Made by a program: the position numbers and the translations under genes. 64,000 nt of DNA, taken from positions 1-64,000 of IMG/VR virus record IMGVR_UViG_3300010373_000039; one strand, given 5' to 3'. Positions 37,393 to 47,048 of the stretch are shown here, one piece after another (position 1 is the stretch's first letter; the number at the start of each line of letters is the position of its first letter). The notes below the pieces were generated by a model, which was given only the letters and a program-made list of their open reading frames with translations, was not told the origin of the DNA and did not search any database. The DNA comes from a virus.

Positions 37393-38370
37393 ATGAGCAT
37401 CGCACAAGGACCGCGTATTCGCATTTGCTACGGCGCTGAGGTCACCCGTGGCACGACGCCCCCCAATTTGAATTTACAGCAATTGCGGACGATCACCCGC
37501 GATATCGATTTGACCAAGGGTGGTTTGTCATCCGATGAGCAATACCCGGACGGGCAACGCCGCGATTTCCGCCAGGGTTTTAACCAGGTCGTGGGGTCGT
37601 TCAATTTCGAGTTGTCGTTGGCCCAGCAAAGCACCGGCACGATCACCAACACCGGCCACGATGATTTGTTTGAGGCGCTGTTGGGTGGTACGTGGTCCGC
37701 GACCGGAACGGCCGGCGGTTCCCCCGGCACGTTGAAATGCGGCACCAACCTCAAAACCAAATCGTTCGAGCGTCAATTCTTGGACATCGGACAATACGAG
37801 GCGTTTGCCGGTTGCATCCCCTCCGATTTAACATTGAGTTTCGACCCGGCCAAAATCATCGGCGGTACGTGGAACATCATGGGCATGTCCGCACCCATCA
37901 TGTCGTCTACGTCGATCCAGGGTTCGGGAACCCTGACCACCCCGACTACCGCGCCCCCGTGCGACACGTTCATTGGCGCAATCACCGAGGGTGGTTCGCC
38001 CATCGCCGTGGCCACGCAATGCCAAATGACCATTAAAACCGGCCGTTCCCTTTCGCCGGTCATCGGTTCCAAATTCTCCCCCGATATTTTCATGGGGACG
38101 ATTCTGGTTTCCGGAACGTTAAGCGCGTTCTTCCAGGACAATTCGTTGGCGACCAAATTCTACAACGAGGTCAATTCGACGTTGGTTTTGACCGCCAATG
38201 AGTTGCCCACGTCCGGACAGCGCAAAATGGTTTTCACCCTGCCGAATATCAAGTATTCGGGCAATAAGAAATCACCCCCGCCGCAGGGTGGTGTTGTACA
38301 GCAGCTTCCGTTTGAAGCGTTGTACGATGTTTCTTCCGGCACAACGTTACAGATCGACCGATACCTCTAA
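37393..38370 (+). CDS. major tail tube protein
   Basis: EVTRGTTP, FERQFLDIGQY, VSGTLSAFFQD, FTLPNIKYS, LPFEALYD. Confidence 0.88.
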   Translation: MSIAQGPRIRICYGAEVTRGTTPPNLNLQQLRTITRDIDLTKGGLSSDEQYPDGQRRDFRQGFNQVVGSFNFELSLAQQSTGTITNTGHDDLFEALLGGTWSATGTAGGSPGTLKCGTNLKTKSFERQFLDIGQYEAFAGCIPSDLTLSFDPAKIIGGTWNIMGMSAPIMSSTSIQGSGTLTTPTTAPPCDTFIGAITEGGSPIAVATQCQMTIKTGRSLSPVIGSKFSPDIFMGTILVSGTLSAFFQDNSLATKFYNEVNSTLVLTANELPTSGQRKMVFTLPNIKYSGNKKSPPPQGGVVQQLPFEALYDVSSGTTLQIDRYL

Positions 38371-38376
38371 TTTGGA

Positions 38377-38814
38377 GTGAATCCTACCGTGGCGAAATTT
38401 GATCTATCGAAAATGGATACCCGCGCCGCCGGCGCAAACGCCGTCGCGATGACATTGGAACACCCGACGACCGAGGAGCCGTTGACCGACGACGCCGGCA
38501 ATCCGTGGACCATCACCCTGTACGGTTCCGATTCCGAGGTTTACCGCAAGGCACAACGAAAAATCGTGGACCGGCGGTTGGCCGAGGCCAAGGCCAAGGG
38601 TGGTAAATTCAAAATGAACGCCAACATGGCGGAAGAGGAATTGACCGAATTGTTGGTGGAATGCACCGCCGGTTGGTCCGGGTTGGAGGAGAACGGCGCG
38701 CCGATCGAATTCAACACCGCCAACGTTCGCGGCGTCTACGCCCGTTACCCATGGATTCGCGAACAGGCCATGGCGTTTGTTTCCACACGAAGTAACTACC
38801 TGGGAAACTCGTAG
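38377..38814 (+). CDS. tail assembly chaperone (G)
   Basis: HP.T...L, ITLYGSDS, PWIREQ; ends at a slippery site. Confidence 0.85.
   Translation: MNPTVAKFDLSKMDTRAAGANAVAMTLEHPTTEEPLTDDAGNPWTITLYGSDSEVYRKAQRKIVDRRLAEAKAKGGKFKMNANMAEEELTELLVECTAGWSGLEENGAPIEFNTANVRGVYARYPWIREQAMAFVSTRSNYLGNS
38802..38808 (+). other. programmed -1 ribosomal frameshift site GGGAAAC
   Basis: XXXYYYZ heptamer one codon before the stop; the -1 frame reads GKLVEALVEY into 38820..39224. Confidence 0.85.
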
Positions 38815-38819
38815 AGGCC

Positions 38820-39224
38820 TTGGTCGAGTACGCCGAGGCCGTATTTTTGGATGAAGCCCCCGCGCCGGGGGGAGCGACCAAGGGAGCGCATATACGGCAA
38901 GCGCAGATGTCGGCCGCGGCGCTGGGCATCACATGGTTGGACGACCGTTTTCCCGCCGCCGCCGATCCCATGGACCCCCCGTTTGAATGGGAGGGTTTGT
39001 GGGAAATGTTCCGTGAATTGAGCGCCGCCCGGACATCGGGGTTTTCCCCCAATCCGCTGTCATGGACCGATATCCGGTCCTACTGCGAATTGTTAGACAT
39101 CCGGTTGACGGGTTTTGATTTGATGGTGATTCGGCGTTTGGATTTGACGTGGTTGCGGGTGATGGGAGCGGCATACAATGACCTCAACACAACTGAACCT
39201 GATCATCAACTCCCAGCAGGTTAA
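38820..39224 (+). CDS. tail assembly chaperone (T part of the G-T frameshift product)
   Basis: W..F.ELS..R..GF.PNPLSW.DI..Y; precedes the tape measure gene. Confidence 0.8.
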   Translation: MVEYAEAVFLDEAPAPGGATKGAHIRQAQMSAAALGITWLDDRFPAAADPMDPPFEWEGLWEMFRELSAARTSGFSPNPLSWTDIRSYCELLDIRLTGFDLMVIRRLDLTWLRVMGAAYNDLNTTEPDHQLPAG

Positions 39225-41487
39225 TTCGGCCAATTCGGCGCTGCAGCAATTTAACCAAACCGGGCAACAAACCCAATCCGCCGCCGAAAAGCTTAACATT
39301 TCGTTTAGCACGTTGATCAGCACATTGACCCAATTGGCCGGCGTCTACTCGTTGGTCCAAACCGTCCGCGCGGCATTTGCTACGGCCGCCACCGAGGACC
39401 GGTTGCAAAAGGGTTTTGACAATTTGACGGGTTCGGTCAGCAAATCCAAGGACATGCTGAACGAATTGATTACGGTCAGCAACAATTCCCAATTCTCGTT
39501 GGCGGCGCTGGGTGACGCCACCCGGCAATTCATGGGGTTGGGGTTGGGTGCGGACCAATCCATCAAATTGGTTGAGGACATCGCCAACACACTGGAGAAT
39601 TTGGGTTCCGGTGAGGAACAAATGACCGGCATCGCCAACGCGCTGGGTAGAATCCTTGAAGAAGGACAATCCAATTTGTACGTGTTCCGTGCGCTGGCGG
39701 CACAGGGCATCCCGGCGGTTAAGGACGTTGCGGATACGTTGGGCATTTCGTTCCAACGGGCCATGTTCCTGCTTCGCAATGGTGCCATTTCGGCCAATGA
39801 TGCAATCGCGTTGATCCAATATAGCATGGAGAAATTCAACCATGATGCGATCGACACCGCCCCGACCTACACGCAATTGTGGACCAGTATCGGTAATTCC
39901 TTCAAAACCGGGTTTGGCGACATGGTTAAACAGGTTTTGGACATTGGTTCCAAATCGGCGCTGGAGCGGTTCAATGCCGAAATTCAAAACATGTTCCATA
40001 TCGTCGGGGATGCGATCCGTATTCTTGAGGGCTTGCCCCCGCAATTTGAACGGTCGTCCGAGGCATCAAAAATTCTTGCCGGCATCATCAAATTGTTGTC
40101 CGAGGCGTTTATGGTGTTGGTCGCCATTAAATTGATTACGTGGGCGTCCGACGCGTTCAACGCCCTTTTCAGTTTAATTAAGCAATTTGCCAATTTGGGG
40201 GTGATTTCCCAAGCGTTGATTGTCGGATTGATCGTATTGGTGGGAATCGAATTGGGCCGGTGGGCGTCGGAACAGGTTCCGGAATTGGCCAAACTCGCCG
40301 TCATTCTTCGTGCGGTGGGATCGTTCACCGGAAGTAGTTTGAGAAATGTGGGTGAATTCATTGCCGACAAATATTTGGGTGGTGCGACGGCGGGAACCGA
40401 CGCCCAAAACGACGCCGAGCGTACCGCCCACATGAATCAAGCGGATGACGCCACATGGAAGGCGTTCGATAAGGCCATGACCGACATCAATAACGGAAAC
40501 CTTGGCAAGGGACAGGGAACATCGTTTTTCCAATACATGGGGGAGGATCTTAAGAAGTTGGGGGAAAACGCCAAGGGCGCGCTGGGTCCGATTCAGGATT
40601 TGATGCGTTTCATGGAGGTGGCCAGCATCGGCAAACAGGGAAATTATTTCGACGGCAAACGACCGGAGGTCAGCACGGTCATTCCGGAAAACGAGGAATT
40701 GTCGTTACAGAAAATGATTGATTCCCTGAACCAAAAAACCTCGATCATCGGGTTGGACCCCGAATCCGCGTTCCGGTCCACCGAGGTTGCCAAAATGCAG
40801 GAAATTTTGGACAAATACAACATCGCCCCCGGACAAAACACCGCGGAGGGCGTTCAATTCCTGATGCTATTGAACCAAGCGATTGATCGGTTGCAGGGAA
40901 TGCAAACGTTGGACATCGTGGCCAAATCGGTAGGCCAATCGTTCGCAACCGCGTTCGGTCAATTCATCACCGGGGCCAAAAGCGCATCGGCGGCGGCTAA
41001 ACAATTTGTCACGTCATTGGAACAAATGATTTTGAAGGATTTAGTCCTTAACAAAATCGCGTCGTTGATCGAGGGCGGCATCACCGGGTTGGGAACCGGA
41101 TTGGGCGGTTTGTTCGGCAACAAATCCCCATCCTACACTACCGGTGTCACCGCCGACGATACGGGCGCTTCGCTAAACACCAGCGTTCAATTTGCCATGG
41201 GCGGGGCGTTCATGCGGGGCGTCCGCATGTTCGCCGGCGGCGATGTGGTGAACCGTCCGACGCTATTCGGCATGGCCGGCGGATTGGGCATGATGGGCGA
41301 GGCGGGACCGGAGGCAATTCTGCCATTGGTTCGCGGCCCCAATGGAAAATTGGGTGTGGCGGCGCACGGTGGGGGCGGTCAAACCGTTATCCATCAGCAT
41401 TATTGGAACATCAAAACCCCGGATGCCGACAGTTTCAAACGGTCGCAACGCCAGATCTCGGCGATGATGCAACGAAGTCTTCGGTAG
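39178..41487 (+). CDS. tape measure protein
   Basis: 769 aa helical Ala-rich protein with tape-measure domain; GTA-like C-terminus GEAGPEAILPL.RG..GKLGV, TPDADSF.RS. Confidence 0.93.
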   Translation: MTSTQLNLIINSQQVNSANSALQQFNQTGQQTQSAAEKLNISFSTLISTLTQLAGVYSLVQTVRAAFATAATEDRLQKGFDNLTGSVSKSKDMLNELITVSNNSQFSLAALGDATRQFMGLGLGADQSIKLVEDIANTLENLGSGEEQMTGIANALGRILEEGQSNLYVFRALAAQGIPAVKDVADTLGISFQRAMFLLRNGAISANDAIALIQYSMEKFNHDAIDTAPTYTQLWTSIGNSFKTGFGDMVKQVLDIGSKSALERFNAEIQNMFHIVGDAIRILEGLPPQFERSSEASKILAGIIKLLSEAFMVLVAIKLITWASDAFNALFSLIKQFANLGVISQALIVGLIVLVGIELGRWASEQVPELAKLAVILRAVGSFTGSSLRNVGEFIADKYLGGATAGTDAQNDAERTAHMNQADDATWKAFDKAMTDINNGNLGKGQGTSFFQYMGEDLKKLGENAKGALGPIQDLMRFMEVASIGKQGNYFDGKRPEVSTVIPENEELSLQKMIDSLNQKTSIIGLDPESAFRSTEVAKMQEILDKYNIAPGQNTAEGVQFLMLLNQAIDRLQGMQTLDIVAKSVGQSFATAFGQFITGAKSASAAAKQFVTSLEQMILKDLVLNKIASLIEGGITGLGTGLGGLFGNKSPSYTTGVTADDTGASLNTSVQFAMGGAFMRGVRMFAGGDVVNRPTLFGMAGGLGMMGEAGPEAILPLVRGPNGKLGVAAHGGGGQTVIHQHYWNIKTPDADSFKRSQRQISAMMQRSLR

Positions 41488-41490
41488 GAA

Positions 41491-42477
41491 ATGTCTATGT
41501 CATTTGCAGAAATCCAATTCCCAACCGATGTGTCCTACGGATCGCGTGGCGGTCCCGGGTTCAACACCAACATCGTGGTGACCGATGGGGGTTCGGAGGA
41601 ACGTGTTGCCCGGTGGCAAAGTGCCAAGCGCCAATACGACGTGCGGTACGGCATCAAATCGCCGGACCAAATGTCCAAGGTCAAGGATTTCTTTTTGGCC
41701 CGCACCGGCGCGTTGATCGGATTCCGCTACAAGGATTGGCAGGACTACGATTCCACCGCCAAGGGGCATAGCTACATCAGCGACGGGTCGTCGGTAAGCG
41801 TCACCAACACCGATCAACAATTGGGTTCCGGGGACGGTTCCACCACTCGGTTTCAATTGATTAAACGGTACAACGACGGCCTTCAAACCGTCATCCGCAA
41901 TATCACCAAACCGGTGGCCGGTACGGTGGTCGTGGCACTCAACGGGGTCAACCAAACAACCGGTTGGACGGTGGATACTACAACCGGCCTAATTACCTTT
42001 ACATCCGCCCCGGCGTTGGGGGTCACGGTCACGGCCGGGTTCCAATTTGATACCCCCGTCCGGTTCGGGGCCGACGCCGACAAATCGTTGATGGCATCGC
42101 AGGATGATTTTGGTTACGGGTCGTTGGAACCCATTCCGTTGCAGGAAATTCCCGATGGGTTGGCGGTGAACGACGATGCCGATTGTGGCGGCGCGGTCAT
42201 GGTGTGTTTGACCGCCAACTATCAATTGAGCGCCGGCTATGCCCGTGGGTACGTATTTGAACCGCAGGCCGATGGGATCATAGTTTTCCTTCCGGACCCG
42301 TCCGCCGCCACGTTCCCCACCGGTGGACCGTTTTTCTATTTGATGAATTTGGGATCACACGCCCTGACCATAAAAACCTTTAGCGGTGGATCGTTCATCA
42401 CCCTGGCGGCCGGAACCGGCGTCGATGTGGTTTTGACGGTTGATGGTTCTTCAAACAAAGTATGGCTAGCTCTTTAG
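41491..42477 (+). CDS. distal tail protein (DUF2460/TIGR02217, RcGTA-like) with C-terminal extension
   Basis: F.EIQFP...YGS.GGP.F.T, GFRYKDW.D, FQL.K.Y, ITKPV.GTV, AGF.FD.PVRF. Confidence 0.9.
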   Translation: MSMSFAEIQFPTDVSYGSRGGPGFNTNIVVTDGGSEERVARWQSAKRQYDVRYGIKSPDQMSKVKDFFLARTGALIGFRYKDWQDYDSTAKGHSYISDGSSVSVTNTDQQLGSGDGSTTRFQLIKRYNDGLQTVIRNITKPVAGTVVVALNGVNQTTGWTVDTTTGLITFTSAPALGVTVTAGFQFDTPVRFGADADKSLMASQDDFGYGSLEPIPLQEIPDGLAVNDDADCGGAVMVCLTANYQLSAGYARGYVFEPQADGIIVFLPDPSAATFPTGGPFFYLMNLGSHALTIKTFSGGSFITLAAGTGVDVVLTVDGSSNKVWLAL

Positions 42478-42523
42478 AGTTAAATATGCGTCCATGTTCG
42501 TCGCAAAACTATCGAGGATACAT

Positions 42524-42549
42524 TGGTTTGGCGAATGCCAAACTCTTTT
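42524..42549 (+). terminator. Rho-independent terminator
   Basis: GTTTGGC-GAAT-GCCAAAC hairpin followed by TCTTTT. Confidence 0.55.
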
Positions 42550-42619
42550 GCCAACTTTTTTTGCATTTCGCCGTTTTTGTAGCGGTTGCGTATTTCCAAA
42601 ACCTAGATTGGTTTGCATT

Positions 42620-43714
42620 ATGAGGCGGTTGCAGGAAATATTCGGCGGTGCCATGTTTGTAACCATGTCCGGGGACGTGGTTTTAAGCAATGCCGCGCCT
42701 CGTGTTATCATCGTCAACGCCACCGGCACCGGCCACAAATTCACGTTGCCGGCAACCGCCAACCAAATGTTCACCGACCCCCTTCGGTTTTTGTTTTTCA
42801 ACGTGGGATCGAACGCGTTTGATTTGGTTTACACCAATTCTATCGTTCACACGTACTATAGCATCACCGCCGACGCCGCCACTAATTCCTTCACCGCGGC
42901 CTCCGGTGGATTGGCTATTGCACCGCCGGGTAGCTACATCATCACGACCGGGTTTAGCAATTCGGCCAACAACGGCACATTCCAGGTTTTGCAACGCAAC
43001 GCCGCCGGAACACAGGTATGGGTGTCGGCATCGTTGGTCAATGAAACGGTCAATGTAACACCCCCGGTGCCCCCCGCCACAACGCCGCTTCCGCCCGTCA
43101 GCGTGTCCCGAGGAAAAATTACGACCCTGACCGGGGGAAATGCTCTTCGATTGATGCTGGGGCAAAATACGGTGTTTGCCGGGTTCCGGGAATATTACCC
43201 GTTGATCGTTGCCTACAACGCCGCCCGGTCGTTTAGCAGCGCCACGATGAACGGTTCGGCGATTACATCGATTTGTTCGGCCGTTCGTAATCCACCACCC
43301 CCGCCGCCACCCCCGCCGCCCTATGACGGCGAGACTATCGATCTGTCCTCATGTCCAACCACCAAAACGATCACGATCACCAATGGCATCGGATCGGGTG
43401 CGGTGTGGAACGGGGTTTGGACGGTGACTAAGGTTACGTCCGGGTCGGTGACCTATTACCGCTATGTCATCGACGCCAACCATTACATCGATCTTCGTTA
43501 CTACCCCGGTGGCCAAGGCTATGGCTATCAATGGCAGGTGGTTTGTACCGATTTGACGCGGACCATCAACAAACGTTTTGGAAACAACATCTCCGGATCG
43601 TGCCCACCCAACACCACCTATACGTGTTTTTCGGTGCCGATCGAGGGTGCGAATTGCACGTCCGGACAGGATAACGTGACGCCGACACCGATTGTTTGCA
43701 CGGTTTCGGCATAG
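42620..43714 (+). CDS. putative tail side-fibre/adhesin with poly-Pro linker
   Basis: N-terminal domain resembles the Dit extension; P10 linker; Cys-containing C-terminal domain. Confidence 0.6.
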   Translation: MRRLQEIFGGAMFVTMSGDVVLSNAAPRVIIVNATGTGHKFTLPATANQMFTDPLRFLFFNVGSNAFDLVYTNSIVHTYYSITADAATNSFTAASGGLAIAPPGSYIITTGFSNSANNGTFQVLQRNAAGTQVWVSASLVNETVNVTPPVPPATTPLPPVSVSRGKITTLTGGNALRLMLGQNTVFAGFREYYPLIVAYNAARSFSSATMNGSAITSICSAVRNPPPPPPPPPPYDGETIDLSSCPTTKTITITNGIGSGAVWNGVWTVTKVTSGSVTYYRYVIDANHYIDLRYYPGGQGYGYQWQVVCTDLTRTINKRFGNNISGSCPPNTTYTCFSVPIEGANCTSGQDNVTPTPIVCTVSA

Positions 43715-43725
43715 ACGAGGTTTTT

Positions 43726-43920
43726 ATGCCCCATGATTCGGACATCGTTTCGCTGGGTTTCAAATCGGGAAACGACATTCGGGAAAAGTCGCGGGCCGTG
43801 CATCCGTTGGGCCAGGTCCGCGAAAACGCCAAGAAGTACGTCCAACCCAAGGGCGTGAAACGTCCGGCCGTTCCGTGTTGCCACGGCACCGCCCGCGCCG
43901 AACCCCGAACGAACCGGTGA
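43726..43920 (+). CDS. small basic protein
   Basis: GAGG RBS. Confidence 0.55.
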   Translation: MPHDSDIVSLGFKSGNDIREKSRAVHPLGQVRENAKKYVQPKGVKRPAVPCCHGTARAEPRTNR

Positions 43921-44372
43921 GCCCAATGCCGTTACCTTTGTTTGTTACCCAACCCTTTTGCTTGGAACGCCGGCATTGTGCCCAATGTCGTGGCCCCGAC
44001 CCATTGTATCGGCGGGAGTGGTCCAAACGATATCAAATGCCGCCGGAGTGGCCCAAGTGTCCGTTTGGCGTTCCGGACAACGCCGCCAATCCCCCCGCGC
44101 CGCCGCAACCCCATGAATTGGGGATCTTGGTCGATGCGCCCGGCAGCGCCGAGGCCCGGGAAATTGAACGTCGTTGCCGGGAACGGGCCGATCGGGTCCG
44201 GGGCATTTGCCTGGGTTGCCCGGAATTCATCGACATCAACGAGGACGGGTTGACCATCCATTGCAAACGCGGTTATTCGTGCGGGTGCGGCGGGGATCAA
44301 CCGTCCATGATGCGCGGGTTGGTCCATTTGGGCGTCGGACATTGTTTGTTGAATCGGTGGGGTGGCCTGTGA
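43917..44372 (+). CDS. Cys-rich protein
   Basis: GTGA coupling on both sides; HCAQC, CPFG, CLGC, CGC, HC...W. Confidence 0.65.
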   Translation: MSPMPLPLFVTQPFCLERRHCAQCRGPDPLYRREWSKRYQMPPEWPKCPFGVPDNAANPPAPPQPHELGILVDAPGSAEAREIERRCRERADRVRGICLGCPEFIDINEDGLTIHCKRGYSCGCGGDQPSMMRGLVHLGVGHCLLNRWGGL

Positions 44373-45424
44373 GATTAGAATCTATTACGCCCCAAACGCC
44401 GCCATTTTCCATTTTCCTGGAATTGGATCGAATCCCGGTTCCCGGCGAGAAATGGCCGGAGGGTTTTGCCGGTTGGCCCAACGTACAGGCAGCGCACATG
44501 CACGGGATGCGCAATGCCGCCGCCAACGCCCAACCGTCCCCCGTTTCCAAATCGGGACGCGGATTTGTCATGTGCGGGGGCGGCATCTATCTCCCCACGG
44601 CGTATGTGTCGTGCCAAATCCTTCGAAAAACCGGTTCCAAATTGCCCGGTCAATTGTTCTATTTGGGCGATAACGAGATGGATGATTTCCATCGTCGGTT
44701 GTTCGCCGCCATGAATGTGGAATGCGTGGACGCTACCCAATACGCCGAATGGGGTACGCTGCGGAACACCGACGCCAAGGAACGGGGTTGGTTGCTAAAA
44801 CCTTTTGCGTTGCGGCACACCAAATATAAATCGGTGGCCGCGTTCGATGCCGATTGCTACCCGGTGGTAAAACCTGAGGATTTGTTCAACGTTACCGAGT
44901 ACTTCAAAACCGGCGCATTGTTTTTCGCCGACACCCCCCACCACGATTTGACGGAGGAAAAATGGCGGGCGCTGGGGTTCCCACCCCAAAATTGCTCGTC
45001 GTTCGAGTCCGGGCAAATGTGGATCGACACCAAAATGCATTGGCGCGCGATCGCGCTGACATTGTGGTTGAATTCCCACGCCGATTTTTACTACCAATGG
45101 TTTTGGGGGGACAAGGAAACGTTTTGTGTGGCGTGGCGGCAATGCAAAGAATTGTACGCCATGCCGGACGTGCGGGGATGCATCTACGAGGGTCAAATCA
45201 TCATCCACTATGGGTTTGGACCCAATGCCGCCCCGGTCACGGTCCACCGGTGCCGGTCTAAATTTTCGCCGATTGAGGGCGAGGTTTACCACCGGCTATT
45301 TTGGAACACCGACCAAACCGCCCGGACCCCACGACCCTATTTCCCTAACCTTCCCTATGAACGCGAGGCACACACGGCGTTCGCCAATTACCTCCGAATG
45401 TCCAAGGAGGAATCATGCCGTTAG
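44369..45424 (+). CDS. GT71/Mnn-like alpha-mannosyltransferase
   Basis: GRGFVMCGGG, GW.LKPFAL, FDAD (DxD), TGALFF.D, FESGQ, FYY...GDKETF. Confidence 0.82.
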   Translation: MRLESITPQTPPFSIFLELDRIPVPGEKWPEGFAGWPNVQAAHMHGMRNAAANAQPSPVSKSGRGFVMCGGGIYLPTAYVSCQILRKTGSKLPGQLFYLGDNEMDDFHRRLFAAMNVECVDATQYAEWGTLRNTDAKERGWLLKPFALRHTKYKSVAAFDADCYPVVKPEDLFNVTEYFKTGALFFADTPHHDLTEEKWRALGFPPQNCSSFESGQMWIDTKMHWRAIALTLWLNSHADFYYQWFWGDKETFCVAWRQCKELYAMPDVRGCIYEGQIIIHYGFGPNAAPVTVHRCRSKFSPIEGEVYHRLFWNTDQTARTPRPYFPNLPYEREAHTAFANYLRMSKEESCR

Positions 45425-46323
45425 TGTTGTTTCCATCGTTGGACAGGTTGCGGCAACACGCAACACACCGGTTCGCGTTTTTGTGGCGATTGGAGCGGGT
45501 GGATGGCGTCACGTTGCTGTTCACCGACCACGATTGCCCGATTACCTTCAATTACACCCATGCGTTGGCCGAGGCATTGGCCCCGGGGAACGTAGGAAAC
45601 GCCGCCGGCACCGACGAGATTTATTCCCCAGTCGATTCGTTTGCCGGCACGGCACGGCAAATGCAAACCGGGTTGAAGGATGCGAACGTCGAGATGACGG
45701 GCGTTGTGTTGTCATCCGGATTGATTACCGAGGCCGATTTGTTCGCCGGCCGTTATCGATCGGCCCGGGTCATCGAAATGCTGGTCGATAGTCGATTCCC
45801 CTACGCCGGCTATTTGACCCATGCCCAATACTTCATCGCCCAAACCACCTACACCCGGGAATTTTGGAAAGCGCAAATGTCGGGGGTGACGGCATGGGGG
45901 AACAAGGCGGCGGGCAACGTCTATTCGGTGTCGTGCCGGTTCCAATTGTACGACCCAAATACCTGTGGCGTCGATCCGACCGGCCACACCGCGACCGGGA
46001 CCGTGACTATCGTAACCGATCGACAAACCTTCAACGCCGGGGGTTTGAACCCGACGCCCAATGCCTATCGCTCCGGTCATCTAACGTGGCTGACCGGTTT
46101 CAATCGTGGTATCACATACGAGGTTAAATCCTCGTCCGGATCATTGTTGACCACCCAATTGGGAACGCCGTTCGATATCGGCGTCGGCGACACGTTTACG
46201 ATCACCGAGGGTTGCGACCATTTGCGGGGCACGTGTTCGGGAACGTTTGCCAACCTTAACCGGTTTGGCGGTTACCCGTTCCTGCCCGGCAACGACGTAA
46301 TGCTTCGCGGTCCGGTAACATAA
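45415..46323 (+). CDS. baseplate hub protein (DUF2163/BR0599, RcGTA-like)
   Basis: R.DG..L.FTDHD, ITEADL.AGRY, CR.QL.D..CGV, GCD....C...F.N..RFGG.PF.PG.D. Confidence 0.92.
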   Translation: MPLVLFPSLDRLRQHATHRFAFLWRLERVDGVTLLFTDHDCPITFNYTHALAEALAPGNVGNAAGTDEIYSPVDSFAGTARQMQTGLKDANVEMTGVVLSSGLITEADLFAGRYRSARVIEMLVDSRFPYAGYLTHAQYFIAQTTYTREFWKAQMSGVTAWGNKAAGNVYSVSCRFQLYDPNTCGVDPTGHTATGTVTIVTDRQTFNAGGLNPTPNAYRSGHLTWLTGFNRGITYEVKSSSGSLLTTQLGTPFDIGVGDTFTITEGCDHLRGTCSGTFANLNRFGGYPFLPGNDVMLRGPVT

Positions 46324-46335
46324 TTGGAGGTTACG

Positions 46336-46608
46336 ATGGGCGACACAATGGAAGGTTATATGCGGACGATTTCCTACAACACCCCACAGCAAACGCTTCC
46401 GTCCAACCCGACGAACATGGGCCACAACATTCACCATAGCGCGCTGTCCAAATCCGGGGCCAAGCACACCCCCGTTAGCGCGCCGGCGCGCAACACCGGT
46501 TCACGACAAAATGTCGTACCCAATCACCCCGTTCCGCCCGACAATGCCCCGGTGGACCGGCTGGACTCGCCGGTGCCGGGTGGCAAATCGTATGGAACCC
46601 CCGAATAG
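46336..46608 (+). CDS. small protein, paralog of 17831..18046
   Basis: GGAGG RBS; ALSKSGAKH motif. Confidence 0.7.
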   Translation: MGDTMEGYMRTISYNTPQQTLPSNPTNMGHNIHHSALSKSGAKHTPVSAPARNTGSRQNVVPNHPVPPDNAPVDRLDSPVPGGKSYGTPE

Positions 46609-46625
46609 ACGGCCCAGGATCGATT

Positions 46626-47045
46626 ATGACACGCGAAGATGTCATCCGATATGCCCGTATGTGGCTTGGAACCCCTTACGTCCATCAGGGACGATTGATG
46701 GGGGTCGGGGTGGATTGTATCGGGTTGGTGGCCGGCGTGGGCCAATACTTCGGGTTGCCCTATGAGGATCGTCGGGGATATGCACCGACCGGCCAAGGAG
46801 ATTTTTACCTTACCAATGAATTCGTCAAATGGATGGACCCGGTCTACACCGCCCATGCCCAACCCGGGGACGTGGCGTGTTTTTGGGTCCGCAAACCAAC
46901 GTTCATTTGCCATTGTGGAATTCTTACACCGGTTGGTTTGATTCATGTCCATTCGATCATCGGCCACGTGGCCGAGCATGTGATGGACGCCGGTTGGAAA
47001 AAACGTTTTGCGTGCGCGTTCCGGTTCCGTGGAATGAAGGATTAG
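46626..47045 (+). CDS. NlpC/P60 tail peptidase
   Basis: AR.WLGTPY.HQGR..GVGVDCIGLV, HCGI, IH. Confidence 0.92.
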   Translation: MTREDVIRYARMWLGTPYVHQGRLMGVGVDCIGLVAGVGQYFGLPYEDRRGYAPTGQGDFYLTNEFVKWMDPVYTAHAQPGDVACFWVRKPTFICHCGILTPVGLIHVHSIIGHVAEHVMDAGWKKRFACAFRFRGMKD

Positions 47046-47048
47046 TGT

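Noticed and set aside
1018-40044. Long antisense ORFs (1018..1848, 6948..7817, 10252..11073, 11986..12843, 26295..27188, 39184..40044)
   Set aside because: They shadow well-supported genes and have no motifs; high GC and scarcity of CTA/TTA triplets reduce antisense stops
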